A stretch of 64,000 bases of DNA from a bacterium (GCA_043765155.1 JAYUJP010000022.1:5077-69076); one strand, 5' to 3'. Positions 28,186 to 37,490 are shown, counted from the first letter of the stretch. Program-made: numbers and translations. Notes: generated by a model from the sequence alone, not told the origin.

Positions 28186-28204
28186 AAATTTTTTAATAAA
28201 AAAT

Positions 28205-29644
28205 ATGAAAAGTCTAATACAAGATATAAATAATAAAATAAAGTTAAAAGAAAAGTCAGTGCGTGATATCGTGGACGAGTATGTAAAAGTTTTAAAAGAG
28301 AAAGATGTTGAGATAGGCGCTACTCTTGAGATATTTGATAATGATTATATATCTGAGCAGATAGTATCCGCTGAGCACATGTTTGCGTCCAATACTAGTA
28401 CATTAATGACAGGTGTGCCAATAGTTATAAAAGATAATCTCTGTATCAAGGGGAAAATAGCTAGCGCTGGATCAAAAATGCTTGAAAATTATGTCTCGAC
28501 TTATGACGCCACTGTTATCAAAAAGTTAAAAGAGGCTGGCGCTATTATTATAGGTAGAGCCAATATGGACGAGTTCGCAATGGGTGGTAGTACAGAAAAT
28601 AGCGCCTACAAAAATACTAAGAATCCGCTAGACATTACCCGTGTACCTGGTGGCTCATCAGGAGGATCAGCAGCGGTGGTCGCCATGGGCGGAGTCCCGG
28701 TCTCACTTGGATCTGATACTGGCGGATCAGTGAGGCAGCCAGCAAGCTTTACGGGGTTAGTAGGTCTCAAGCCAACATACGGATCAGTGTCACGTTACGG
28801 ACTTATAGCTATGGGGTCATCACTTGACATAGTGGGTCCATTTTCACATAATGTGCGTGACTGCGAGATAATCTTTGATATTATAAAAGGCGAAGATGAC
28901 AAAGATGCGACTACTATAAAATCTTTTGAACTAGAAAAAATAAAATCAGAAAATAAAGAAAAAGAAAAAGGAGACAAAAAATTAAGAATAGGTGTCCCAA
29001 GGAAATTTGTAGACCAAGATGGAGTAGATAAAAATATCAGAGATAACTTTTACAAAACTTTGGAAGTATTAAAATCAAAAGGTTATGAGATTGTGGACAT
29101 AGAAATAAATAATATAGAAAAAGCTTTGTCTGTATATTATATACTTATGTTCGCAGAAGTTTCGAGCAATCTAGCTCGTTTTGATGGGGTGCGTTATGGT
29201 AAAAGTGTCGCAGGAGAAAAGCCAGAAGAAAGTATGATACTCAGCCGTTCAGCAGGCCTTGGTGATGAGCCGATAAGAAGATCACTTATGGGAGCTTATG
29301 TTCTCAGTAGCGGTTATTATGATGCGTATTATAATAAAGCTATCAAAATGCGTGACTATCTAAAGTCAGAATTTGCAAAAGTTTTTGAAAATGTTGACCT
29401 CATAGCTACGCCAACCTCGCCGGTATTTGCTTGGAAATTTGGAGAAAAGTCAGATCCGCTCGCTATGTACCTCGCTGATATATTTACAGTGCCCGCTAAT
29501 ATTGTGGGCGTACCAGGTATAAGTATACCTACAGGAAAAGTTGAAGTAGAAGAGTATAAAAATTTAAATTATGGTGTACAATTTTTAGCTAGCTGGCACT
29601 GTGAGGATAAACTGTTTAAAACTGGCTATGATTTAGAGGTTTAA
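28205..29644 (+). CDS. gatA: Asp/Glu-tRNA amidotransferase subunit A (amidase signature family)
   Basis: GGSSGGSAAVVA amidase signature, Ser-cisSer-Lys context, and GatA length. Confidence 0.9.
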   Translation: MKSLIQDINNKIKLKEKSVRDIVDEYVKVLKEKDVEIGATLEIFDNDYISEQIVSAEHMFASNTSTLMTGVPIVIKDNLCIKGKIASAGSKMLENYVSTYDATVIKKLKEAGAIIIGRANMDEFAMGGSTENSAYKNTKNPLDITRVPGGSSGGSAAVVAMGGVPVSLGSDTGGSVRQPASFTGLVGLKPTYGSVSRYGLIAMGSSLDIVGPFSHNVRDCEIIFDIIKGEDDKDATTIKSFELEKIKSENKEKEKGDKKLRIGVPRKFVDQDGVDKNIRDNFYKTLEVLKSKGYEIVDIEINNIEKALSVYYILMFAEVSSNLARFDGVRYGKSVAGEKPEESMILSRSAGLGDEPIRRSLMGAYVLSSGYYDAYYNKAIKMRDYLKSEFAKVFENVDLIATPTSPVFAWKFGEKSDPLAMYLADIFTVPANIVGVPGISIPTGKVEVEEYKNLNYGVQFLASWHCEDKLFKTGYDLEV

Positions 29645-29743
29645 TATATTATAATTGAGTTATAATATAAATACTTATATATAAATTTATATAATGTTTT
29701 TTAATTTTGTATTTTTTACAAATATATTAACTCATAACAATAC

Positions 29744-31192
29744 GTGCAATCTTTTAACTTTAATTCTATTTTCGATACCTTTTATGATGGCATGCTCTGG
29801 ATAAAGTATGTAGTTTATTTTAATATATTAGGTTATGACAAAGATAGGTATCTTAGTCTAGTTCAAGGCGAAGCTTCAGATGGTTTACGTGATAGGGGCT
29901 GGCTTACAGGGTCAGGCTCATTATCCGCCGGTCCTGGTGATAAAATATCAGACCTGCTTGCTAGCTCAGGCATAGATATAAAAAGAGATAATGACGGTGA
30001 TGGCATACCAAATCTAAAAGATGATTATCCAAATGATCCAAATAATTTTTCTAATGAAAAGATAAAGGAAATATTTTCAAGTGAGCTATCTTGGGGTGAT
30101 AATGTGCGAGATTTTTTTGGACTTAACGTTATGGATAGAGACGGTGATGGCGTACCAGATAGCGCAGAGAGTCTGCGAGGTACAGATCCGCTCAAAGTCG
30201 ATACTGACGCTGATGGAGTTTATGATGGGGAGGAAGTATTTAAAAATCTAGACCCTAAAAATCCAGATACCGACGGTGACGGGGTTATTGACGGGCGTGA
30301 CGCTCAACCACTCGACAAATATAAGAGTATATTCGAAAGTGACGTAGATACTGATGGTGACGGCGTGGGTGATAGATTTGAAAAAATATTAGGCACTGAT
30401 TCAAATATGACTGATACCGATAGTGACGGACTGCGTGACGGCATAGACCCTAATCCAAGTATAGCTGAAAATAAAATACAAGCTGCTGCAAATATTTACG
30501 GCACATTTTCAGATGGGCTAAGCTTAGTAATACAAAATAAATTTTTAGCCTTTATGGCTGATGTTTTGACTATTTTAACTTTATTTACTATACCACTTTC
30601 TATATTTATATTTTTAAAATGGTATTGGAAGTTAAAAGAAGCTAATGAGCATTATTATCATCTTTTTCACAATGCTTTTGGATATAAAGAAGCTTTCGGA
30701 CACGCTTCACATGATTATATTAATGATCTTAAGACTCACAAAAATGAAAGCAAAAGTGATGATTCTCATATACACAAAGAGGCTCATAAAAATGAAAATT
30801 TGTCATACAAGCAAGAACATAAAAGCCAGAGTGCTAATGTCTTAGAAAATAACATTTCTACTGCACCAAAAGAAAAAGATTACATTAATAACCCAAAATG
30901 GGCCATAATAAAAAGCTATATGAGTGAGAGTCATCAAGTCTTTTGGCGTATGGGTATTATCGAGGCTGATGCGATGCTTGATAATATTTTGATAGAAAGG
31001 GGCGCCTTGGGGCGAGATCTGGGTGAGAGGCTTAAGAGTATAAGACTAGAAAGTATCAATAGTGCCTGGGAGGCACATAAGGTCAGGAATAGAATATCAC
31101 ATGAAGGCTCAAATTATAACTTATCAGAGAGAGACGCCAGGCTAACTTTTAATAATTATGAGAGGGTATTTATAGAGTTAAAGGTTATTTAA
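29744..31192 (+). CDS. Membrane protein with thrombospondin-type-3-like Ca-binding repeats, a His-rich segment and a C-terminal HEPN-like (Rx4H) domain
   Basis: At least six DxDxDGxxDxxD repeats (DNDGDGIPNLKDD, DRDGDGVPDSAE, DTDADGVYDGEE, DTDGDGVIDGRD, DTDGDGVGDRFE, DTDSDGLRDGID). A central TM follows (FMADVLTILTLFTIPLSIFIFLKWYW), then a His-rich stretch, then the C-terminus ...AHKVRNRISHEG. Confidence 0.6.
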   Translation: MQSFNFNSIFDTFYDGMLWIKYVVYFNILGYDKDRYLSLVQGEASDGLRDRGWLTGSGSLSAGPGDKISDLLASSGIDIKRDNDGDGIPNLKDDYPNDPNNFSNEKIKEIFSSELSWGDNVRDFFGLNVMDRDGDGVPDSAESLRGTDPLKVDTDADGVYDGEEVFKNLDPKNPDTDGDGVIDGRDAQPLDKYKSIFESDVDTDGDGVGDRFEKILGTDSNMTDTDSDGLRDGIDPNPSIAENKIQAAANIYGTFSDGLSLVIQNKFLAFMADVLTILTLFTIPLSIFIFLKWYWKLKEANEHYYHLFHNAFGYKEAFGHASHDYINDLKTHKNESKSDDSHIHKEAHKNENLSYKQEHKSQSANVLENNISTAPKEKDYINNPKWAIIKSYMSESHQVFWRMGIIEADAMLDNILIERGALGRDLGERLKSIRLESINSAWEAHKVRNRISHEGSNYNLSERDARLTFNNYERVFIELKVI

Positions 31193-31274
31193 AATACCCA
31201 GTAGGCGATTCTGCTGAATCGAATATAAATAAAAAAATAAGAATAAAATTAGATAATTAAAATTAAAATAAATA

Positions 31275-31283
31275 TGTTATAAT
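31275..31283 (+). promoter_or_regulatory. Extended -10 promoter TGTTATAAT (leaderless transcript predicted)
   Basis: The motif ends 7 nt before the ATG at 31291, so transcription should start at or next to the start codon. Confidence 0.45.
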
Positions 31284-31290
31284 ATAAAAT

Positions 31291-32025
31291 ATGAAAAATA
31301 AAGTAGCTATTGTAACAGGGGGTAGTGGGGGTATAGGATCAGAAATATCACGTATGCTCGCCGCTGAGGGCTGTAAGGTTGTCATAAATTACTTTAACAA
31401 TAAAGAGCTAGCCGAAAATCTTAAATTAGAATTAGATAATAAAAATTTTACTTGCGAGGTATTCAAAGCTGACATTAGATCAGAAAAAGACGTGGACGCT
31501 CTGATTGATTTTACATTTAAAACATATGGGAGTATAGATTTTATAATAAATAATGCTGCTATCGTTTATGATAAAGAATGGAACACGAAAGAAATGGTAG
31601 AGTGGGAGAATACTTTTCGTACAAATGTTTTCTCTATCTTTTATATAATTAAAAAAGCTGAAAAGTTTTTAAAAGAAAGTAAACAAGGTAGAATAGTGAA
31701 TATATCTTCTACTAACGCTACGAACTCGTACTCGTCTTTTTCTATGGACTATGACGCATCAAAAGCGGCGGTGATTAGTATGACCAAGAATTTTTCTAAA
31801 ATATTTGCGCCTAACGTAACCGTAAATACTGTCTTACCTGGGTGGGTAAATACAAAAATGAATGACTCCCTGGATAAAGATTTTATAAAAAATGAATGTG
31901 AGAAAATTTCTTTAAAAAGATTTGCAGAGCCAAAAGAAATAGCCTCTGTTGTTAAGTTTTTATGTAGTGAAGATGCTAGCTATATAAATGGAGCCGAAAT
32001 AGTGGTGGATGGCGGAGTAATTTAA
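31291..32025 (+). CDS. SDR-family oxidoreductase (FabG-like)
   Basis: TGGSGGIG Rossmann motif, NNAAI, and catalytic YxxxK context (YDASKAAV). Confidence 0.85.
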   Translation: MKNKVAIVTGGSGGIGSEISRMLAAEGCKVVINYFNNKELAENLKLELDNKNFTCEVFKADIRSEKDVDALIDFTFKTYGSIDFIINNAAIVYDKEWNTKEMVEWENTFRTNVFSIFYIIKKAEKFLKESKQGRIVNISSTNATNSYSSFSMDYDASKAAVISMTKNFSKIFAPNVTVNTVLPGWVNTKMNDSLDKDFIKNECEKISLKRFAEPKEIASVVKFLCSEDASYINGAEIVVDGGVI

Positions 32026-32033
32026 TGCTATAA
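32025..32033 (+). promoter_or_regulatory. Extended -10 promoter TGCTATAAT
   Basis: It overlaps the SDR stop codon, 72 nt upstream of the SOD-like gene. Confidence 0.35.
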
Positions 32034-32105
32034 TATATTCATAAAAATACTTAACTAATTAAGTATTAACAAATATTAAAAATAAAAAACTTAAAAAATA
32101 ATTAT

Positions 32106-32675
32106 ATGTATACAGCAAAAGACTTTACACACTTGTTAGGGTTAGCAGGATTCTCAGATACAATGCTAACCAATCATTTTACTTTATATAATGGTTACGT
32201 TAACAATATAAACACTATGCTGACAAAGTTTGAAACTTTGGATCAGGCCTCTATGGAGATGTCAGAGCTTAGTAGGAGATTCGCTTGGGAGTATGACGGC
32301 ATGAAAATGCATGAGTTATATTTTGGTAACATGACCAAGGAGAAGACAGAAATAAACAAAGAGGGTGAATTATACAAGAGGCTAATCTCTACTTATGGTA
32401 GTTATGAAAAATGGGTAGAGGTACTAAAGGCCAAAGGTATGATGCGTGGTATAGGCTGGGTTATGCTAAGCGTGGATACCGATAATGGAGAATTATACAC
32501 TCACTGGATACGCGAACATGAGATAGGTCATATGGTAGGTTCAAAGTCACTTTTGATTATGGATACTTGGGAGCATGCCTATATGACTGATTACGGACTT
32601 AAAAAGGCAGACTATATAAATGCGTTTATAAGTGCCATAGACTGGAATGTAGTTGAAAGTAGATATAAAGCGTAG
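32106..32675 (+). CDS. Fe/Mn superoxide dismutase family protein (divergent)
   Basis: C-terminal DTWEHAYM (D-x-W-E-H ligand motif), central MHELYFGNM and N-terminal HFTLYNGYVNNINTML all match SOD. The first His ligand region is altered (NHF instead of HH). Confidence 0.65.
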   Translation: MYTAKDFTHLLGLAGFSDTMLTNHFTLYNGYVNNINTMLTKFETLDQASMEMSELSRRFAWEYDGMKMHELYFGNMTKEKTEINKEGELYKRLISTYGSYEKWVEVLKAKGMMRGIGWVMLSVDTDNGELYTHWIREHEIGHMVGSKSLLIMDTWEHAYMTDYGLKKADYINAFISAIDWNVVESRYKA

Positions 32676-32821
32676 ATAAAAAAAGAGACCTAAACTACCA
32701 CACGGCAATTTAAGTCTCAAGTCATACGGCAACTGCAAAGTGTTCGTATGAGAGCTTGATAGTCATTAGGGGGAGGAACCTAATCTTACCAAACTCGATT
32801 ATAATTTTAACACACAATAAC

Positions 32822-32852
32822 AAAAATTGCAAGCTTTTAGCTTGCAATTTTT
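32822..32852. terminator. Bidirectional rho-independent terminator
   Basis: AAAAATTGCAAGC-TTTTAG-GCTTGCAATTTTT, a perfect stem flanked by an A-run and a T-run, between the SOD gene (+) and tRNA-Leu (-). Confidence 0.8.
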
Positions 32853-32858
32853 AATTTG

Positions 32859-32939
32859 TGCCGAAGGCGGGACTTGAACCCGCACACCCGAAGATAAGCG
32901 ATTTTGAGTCGCTCGCGTCTACCATTCCGCCACTTCGGC
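32859..32939 (-). tRNA. tRNA-Leu (anticodon CAA), type II with long variable arm
   Basis: The reverse complement reads GCCGAAG...CTTCGGC-A as acceptor, anticodon stem AGCGA/TCGCT with loop CTCAAAA, variable arm TATCTTCGGGTGT, and T arm GCGGG-TTCAAGT-CCCGC. Confidence 0.85.
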
Positions 32940-33002
32940 ATATCAAGTACAAATTATATCACAAAAAATGTGAATATGTAAGTTAAAAATTTTACTTTTA
33001 AA

Positions 33003-33011
33003 TGCTATAAT
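33003..33011 (+). promoter_or_regulatory. Extended -10 promoter TGCTATAAT
   Basis: Motif lies 24 nt upstream of the parB ATG. Confidence 0.4.
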
Positions 33012-33035
33012 ACTTTTAAGAAAAGAAAAATTATT

Positions 33036-34235
33036 ATGGCAGCAACAATGGAAAACGCAATATATTGGATAGAAATAGAAAAGTTAGTTCCTAATCCATA
33101 TCAGCCCAGAAGAGAATTTGAAGAAGTGGCCCTTAATGAATTAGCCGATAGTATAAGGCAATATGGAATACTACAGCCTCTTGTTGTGTCTCGTTTTGAG
33201 CAAGATAGTGAGGACGGGGGTATGGAGGTGGTATATCAGCTCATAGCAGGTGAGAGGCGTATGAGGGCGAGCAGGCTTGCTGGTCTATCTCAGGTGCCAT
33301 GTATTATACGCATAGGTGATGATAACAGGGATAAGCTAGAGCTCGCTATAATTGAGAACGTTGTGAGGGCCGACCTTAATGCTGTAGAAAGGGCGATGGC
33401 ATATCAGAGGTTAGCTGACGAGTTCAAAATGAATTGGACTGAGATAGGTAAAAAAGTTAGCAAGAGCCGTGAATATGTATCCAATACCGTCCGTATACTT
33501 ATGCTGCCCCAAGATATACTTGATGGGCTTTCAAAAGGTAAAATAACAGAGGGTCATACTAGGCCGCTCCTGATGCTTATAGACAGGCCTGATGAGATGA
33601 TGACACTCTTCAAAGAGATGTTAATCAGGAAAATGACAGTACGTGAGGCAGAGAAGATTGCCAGAAAGATAGCTTTTGAAAAGACCAGGAAAAAGAGTAC
33701 CATGATGACTCCAGAGGTTGTGGATATGGAGGAGGTAATAGCAAGCGCCTTAGGCACTAGAGTGACCATAGATCCAAAGGAAAGAGGAGGCAAGATAACT
33801 ATAGAGTACTTTACCCATGATGAGCTGATGTCATTGTCACGTCTACTACGTAGTGCGGGTGAAAACAAAACTCATAAGGGTATGTTTGATATTATCCGTG
33901 AAGACAATAATAATAATGCTATAGGGGGCTATAATCCAGAAAATATTTTTGTTGCTGAGCTGGTTAATGATATAACACCAAGCATGGAGACAGATAATAT
34001 TTTGGTAAGCACTGACATGAATAATATTTCTATAAGTTCTGACATGCAAAATGTCTCTGCAAGTATAGAAGTAGAAAATATTTTGCCAAGCGTAGAGGCT
34101 CAAGATATATTACCAGTAGGATATGACGCTAATGAATCAGCTCTTGCTGTTAATGATATGACAAAAGATGAGGAGAGGGAGATACAAAACGCTCAAGATG
34201 ATGATCTTTATAATATAAATAAGTTTACTTTATAA
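33036..34235 (+). CDS. parB: ParB/Spo0J-family partition protein with a repetitive C-terminal extension; no adjacent parA
   Basis: ParB box GERRMRAS, an HTH region, then about 130 aa of Asn/Ile/Ser-rich quasi-repeats (ILVSTDMNNISISSDMQNVSASIEVENILPSVEAQDILP). Confidence 0.8.
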   Translation: MAATMENAIYWIEIEKLVPNPYQPRREFEEVALNELADSIRQYGILQPLVVSRFEQDSEDGGMEVVYQLIAGERRMRASRLAGLSQVPCIIRIGDDNRDKLELAIIENVVRADLNAVERAMAYQRLADEFKMNWTEIGKKVSKSREYVSNTVRILMLPQDILDGLSKGKITEGHTRPLLMLIDRPDEMMTLFKEMLIRKMTVREAEKIARKIAFEKTRKKSTMMTPEVVDMEEVIASALGTRVTIDPKERGGKITIEYFTHDELMSLSRLLRSAGENKTHKGMFDIIREDNNNNAIGGYNPENIFVAELVNDITPSMETDNILVSTDMNNISISSDMQNVSASIEVENILPSVEAQDILPVGYDANESALAVNDMTKDEEREIQNAQDDDLYNINKFTL

Positions 34236-34262
34236 ATTTTAAATAATTCTTGTAAAACAATA

Positions 34263-34296
34263 AGCGCTGACGAAGTCGGCGCTTATTGTTTTATTT
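34263..34296. terminator. Bidirectional rho-independent terminator
   Basis: AACAATAAGCGC-TGACGAAGTCG-GCGCTTATTGTT between convergent parB and dnaB. Confidence 0.8.
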
Positions 34297-34337
34297 AGTT
34301 AATTTTATTTTTCTACTTGTGTTTTATTTTCTTTTTC

Positions 34338-35861
34338 CTAAAACTCTCCGCTAATATTTACATTCATACTCGGCACTGCAAAGTCTCCAAATACATCTTC
34401 GGCCATTTCCATAAAGCTAGTGGTCTTAGCATCGAACATCAGCTTGACTACACCCGTCGCACCATTACGATGCTTTTCTATGAGTAGCTCGACCATGTTA
34501 TTGTTTTGACTTTGCTCACCATATTTTTCTTCACGGTGTATAAACATAACAACGTCAGCATCTTGCTCTATAGATCCTGAGTCGCGTAGGTCAGAAAGAC
34601 GTGGCTTACCACCGCGCTGCTCCACGTTACGGCTTAGCTGCGATAGGGCAATTACGGGCGCGTTAAATTCTTTGGCTAATTGCTTGAGTGACTTTGAGAT
34701 ATCCGAGACCTGATGCACCATGCTATCATAATTTTTAGAAGTATTCATTAACTGTAAATAGTCGACTATAATTAACCCTATAGGCTTTTCAGCTTTTAGT
34801 CTACGTAGCACACTACGCATGTTAACTATAGTGTTACCTGCGGTGTCATCGATAAAAATAGGCGCTTTGGATAATTCATTTAGCCCTTGCTGTAGCCTTT
34901 CTATATCATGCTCCATAGAGAGTGCGCCTGTGCGTAGCTTCCAGCCGTCAACCTTACTTTGAGCCGCTAGCATACGGTCAAATAGCTGTTCCTTACTCAT
35001 TTCAAGCGAGAACAATGCGGTGTGCACATTATGATTAACAGCTGCTGAGCGCGCAAAGTCTAGCATTAGTGATGACTTACCCACTGATGGGCGCGCCGCT
35101 AGTATTATAAGATCAGACTTTTGGAATCCGCTTAGCTTATTATCGAGTGACTTGAACCCGCTCGGAACTCCGCGCATACCGCCGCCGCCATCTTGCATTG
35201 TCTCGATACGCTTCCAAGCATCCTCGATGAGGGTGCTGACGGCGATGAGCTTACCGGCGCCGCTACCGTGACTAGTTATATCATATATTTCTTTTTCGGC
35301 AGTCTCGAGTATATGCTCAACTTCGTGTTTCTCCTCATATGAAAAGTCAGATATTTTGTTACTACTTTCTATTAACCTTCTTAGTAATTCTTTTTTCTTA
35401 AGTAGTGTTGCATAATATTTTATATTTGCAGCTGAAGCTATGAATCCAGATAGCTCGGCCAGGTAGATAGATCCTCCTATACTTTCTAGCTCACTTTTTA
35501 TTTTGAGTTTATTATTAAGAGAAATAAGGTCCACCGGCTCACGCGCACCTACTAACTCCTGCATCGCGCGCCAAATTGATCTATGCTTTTCAGCATAAAA
35601 AGTTTTCTCAGTTATCAGGTCCTCTATATCATAAAAACTTTCGGGTGATATTATAATAGCTCCGAGCAAAGCCTTTTCACTATCAAGATCCTGAGGTGGT
35701 ATACGCAGCCCTTCAAATGGAGACTTTTCTATATATTTTTTTTCAGAGTTAGAATCAGAGTTAGATTTCTTCTCAAAGTTAACGTCAGTCAGCTCGCTAG
35801 TATCTCTTTTATTTTTAGAGTATTTGCCCTTTTCAAAATAATTGTTTTCGTTTTTAGCCAT
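34338..35861 (-). CDS. dnaB: Replicative DNA helicase DnaB
   Basis: Walker A ARPSVGKSS, the GFKSLDNKLSGFQKSDLIILAARP context, a RecA-like C-terminal domain and an N-terminal DnaB domain. Confidence 0.95.
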   Translation of the reverse strand: MAKNENNYFEKGKYSKNKRDTSELTDVNFEKKSNSDSNSEKKYIEKSPFEGLRIPPQDLDSEKALLGAIIISPESFYDIEDLITEKTFYAEKHRSIWRAMQELVGAREPVDLISLNNKLKIKSELESIGGSIYLAELSGFIASAANIKYYATLLKKKELLRRLIESSNKISDFSYEEKHEVEHILETAEKEIYDITSHGSGAGKLIAVSTLIEDAWKRIETMQDGGGGMRGVPSGFKSLDNKLSGFQKSDLIILAARPSVGKSSLMLDFARSAAVNHNVHTALFSLEMSKEQLFDRMLAAQSKVDGWKLRTGALSMEHDIERLQQGLNELSKAPIFIDDTAGNTIVNMRSVLRRLKAEKPIGLIIVDYLQLMNTSKNYDSMVHQVSDISKSLKQLAKEFNAPVIALSQLSRNVEQRGGKPRLSDLRDSGSIEQDADVVMFIHREEKYGEQSQNNNMVELLIEKHRNGATGVVKLMFDAKTTSFMEMAEDVFGDFAVPSMNVNISGEF

Positions 35862-36047
35862 ATTTTTATTTCTAAATTTATATTTTCTCTTAATTACATT
35901 ATATTCTTATATCATAAAAATCACTAATTATCATAATTACAAAAATCCTTATATATCAAAATTAAGCTGGGGATAAGGTGGAGAAGTTCTAATAATTAAT
36001 TAGGTGGCTGTAAGTGATTATAGAAATAAGAACATTTAAAATTTATT

Positions 36048-36077
36048 TGACACTACTCAAAATATTTGTTAGTATAA
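36048..36077 (+). promoter_or_regulatory. sigma70-like promoter TTGACA-N17-TAGTAT
   Basis: ttgacactactcaaaatatttgttagtat lies upstream of the 36131 ORF. Confidence 0.35.
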
Positions 36078-36130
36078 ATTGTTCTTTCTAAAATCAAAAC
36101 TTTGGCGTATTCCGCCAAGAAAGGTAAGTC

Positions 36131-36859
36131 ATGACAAATCGTTCTTTCGTTAACGTCCTGCTATCAGCTGGATTGTTCTTAGCGCTCTTATTTATCTCCG
36201 TCGTGCCATCTTTGGCGCACGCAGGGGATAAATTTTTCTGCAAAAGTGACATAAAATGTGAACAGGAAGGCTCATTTGCTCATGTTAAGGGAGATTTAAA
36301 ACTTAGCAGTGATCAAGTGGCTAAAGTTGTAGCAGCAAAAGGTTTACCTGTGAATATCGAAACAGTGAAAAGAGAGTGGGTCTACCCATTTAATAGTTAT
36401 AAAGAGGTAAAGATACCAACCGTCACTGCTGTGTACGAGAGTGAAGAGGTTGTCAGAGTTACCCCAACTCAGCCTGAAAGTACGCAGATCGTAAGTAGTT
36501 ATGCCCTGTACATGTTTGGAGTAGGAATTCTGTTTGGGCTCACATTTTTTACTTTTTCAGGTGAGAGAAACCAGTTAGTGAATAAAACTAGTTTCTTTGA
36601 CATCTTGTCGCTTATTTGCATGTTGCTGTTGCCTGTTTTTGCTTTAATTTTTATCTCCTCTAGCTTTATGTATTTAGGTTTTGTTTTACTGGTTACATTC
36701 TTATATATGATTTTTATCTGTATATTAAGTCTCTTATTCTATAAACTATTGGCATGCTTAAGGCCAGCGCCTTTGGATAGCGAGGATTCGTATAGAAAAT
36801 TTTGTGTCTTTTACATTTCTTCAAACCTCTTAATTGGCTTATCAATTTGGAATCTTTAA
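36131..36859 (+). CDS. Signal-peptide-bearing polytopic membrane protein, hypothetical (compositionally atypical)
   Basis: Signal peptide ...VVPSLAHA|GDKFF, a soluble domain of about 110 aa with 3 Cys, then 4 TM helices. GC is visibly higher than in flanking genes. Confidence 0.6.
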   Translation: MTNRSFVNVLLSAGLFLALLFISVVPSLAHAGDKFFCKSDIKCEQEGSFAHVKGDLKLSSDQVAKVVAAKGLPVNIETVKREWVYPFNSYKEVKIPTVTAVYESEEVVRVTPTQPESTQIVSSYALYMFGVGILFGLTFFTFSGERNQLVNKTSFFDILSLICMLLLPVFALIFISSSFMYLGFVLLVTFLYMIFICILSLLFYKLLACLRPAPLDSEDSYRKFCVFYISSNLLIGLSIWNL

Positions 36860-36900
36860 GGACGCGGTAAGATATATTCCTAGGACCTGTAAATCAATCA

Positions 36901-36935
36901 GCCCCTCAAGCGTACGCGTGAGGGGCTTTTTTTTA
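36901..36935 (+). terminator. Rho-independent terminator
   Basis: GCCCCTCA-AGCGTACGCG-TGAGGGGC followed by T8. Confidence 0.85.
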
Positions 36936-37024
36936 TTTCAAATACAGAAAAACCAAAATTTTAAAAAACCTACTAAATATGATATAATCTTAATTAAGAA
37001 AAACTAATAATTTAGAATAATACC

Positions 37025-37438
37025 ATGATAAATGTAACCATAGCAACTCCAAGCGAAAGCATATTTAAAGGTGAGGCCAAGAAAATAATAATAAGCACAA
37101 GTACGGGTGAGATAGCCGTACTAGCTGGTCATGAGCCGCTTATGACTACTGTTGACGCGGGGCAAGTTATTATTGAAAATAAAGACGACACTAAAATTGT
37201 ATACTCAGCATACAATGGAGTAGTAAATATAGAAAATAATAAAGGTAAGACTAATGTTAGCGTACTACTCGAGAGCGGTGAAGATGTAAAAAAGATAGAT
37301 GAAAAGTCACTTGAGGAAAGTGTAAAAAGAGCTAAAGAAGCAAATGTAGAAAAAATGGATGAAATGGGTCTAGAGCTTAACTCTGAGCTAATGCGTGACC
37401 TAAATAAAATAAAATTAGCCAGAAGATACGCTAGATAA
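37025..37438 (+). CDS. atpC: F-type ATP synthase epsilon subunit-like protein (isolated)
   Basis: The N-terminal beta-sandwich pattern V.IATPSESIFKGEAKKIIISTSTGEIAVLAGHEPLMT aligns with epsilon subunits, and the helical C-terminus fits. No other atp genes are adjacent. Confidence 0.65.
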   Translation: MINVTIATPSESIFKGEAKKIIISTSTGEIAVLAGHEPLMTTVDAGQVIIENKDDTKIVYSAYNGVVNIENNKGKTNVSVLLESGEDVKKIDEKSLEESVKRAKEANVEKMDEMGLELNSELMRDLNKIKLARRYAR

Positions 37439-37481
37439 GTCAAATTTTAGGGGAAATATTGATTTTTGTTTTCATTTTTCA

Positions 37482-37490
37482 TGTTATAAT
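37482..37490 (+). promoter_or_regulatory. Extended -10 promoter TGTTATAAT
   Basis: Upstream of the smc-like gene. Confidence 0.35.

Noticed and set aside
30645-30845. 66-aa internal + strand ORF within the 29744 gene
   Set aside because: It is an alternative frame inside a longer, motif-supported CDS.
32700-32800. Imperfect hairpin GAGACCTAAA...TTTAAGTCTC and a GC-richer spacer after the sod-like gene as a possible small RNA
   Set aside because: It has one mismatch and no U-tail, and it resembles nothing I can name. It is probably just the 3' UTR.
35862-36130. Possible oriC / DnaA boxes upstream of dnaB
   Set aside because: There are only weak TTATCATAA-like matches in AT-rich DNA and no dnaA gene nearby. 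This is insufficient.
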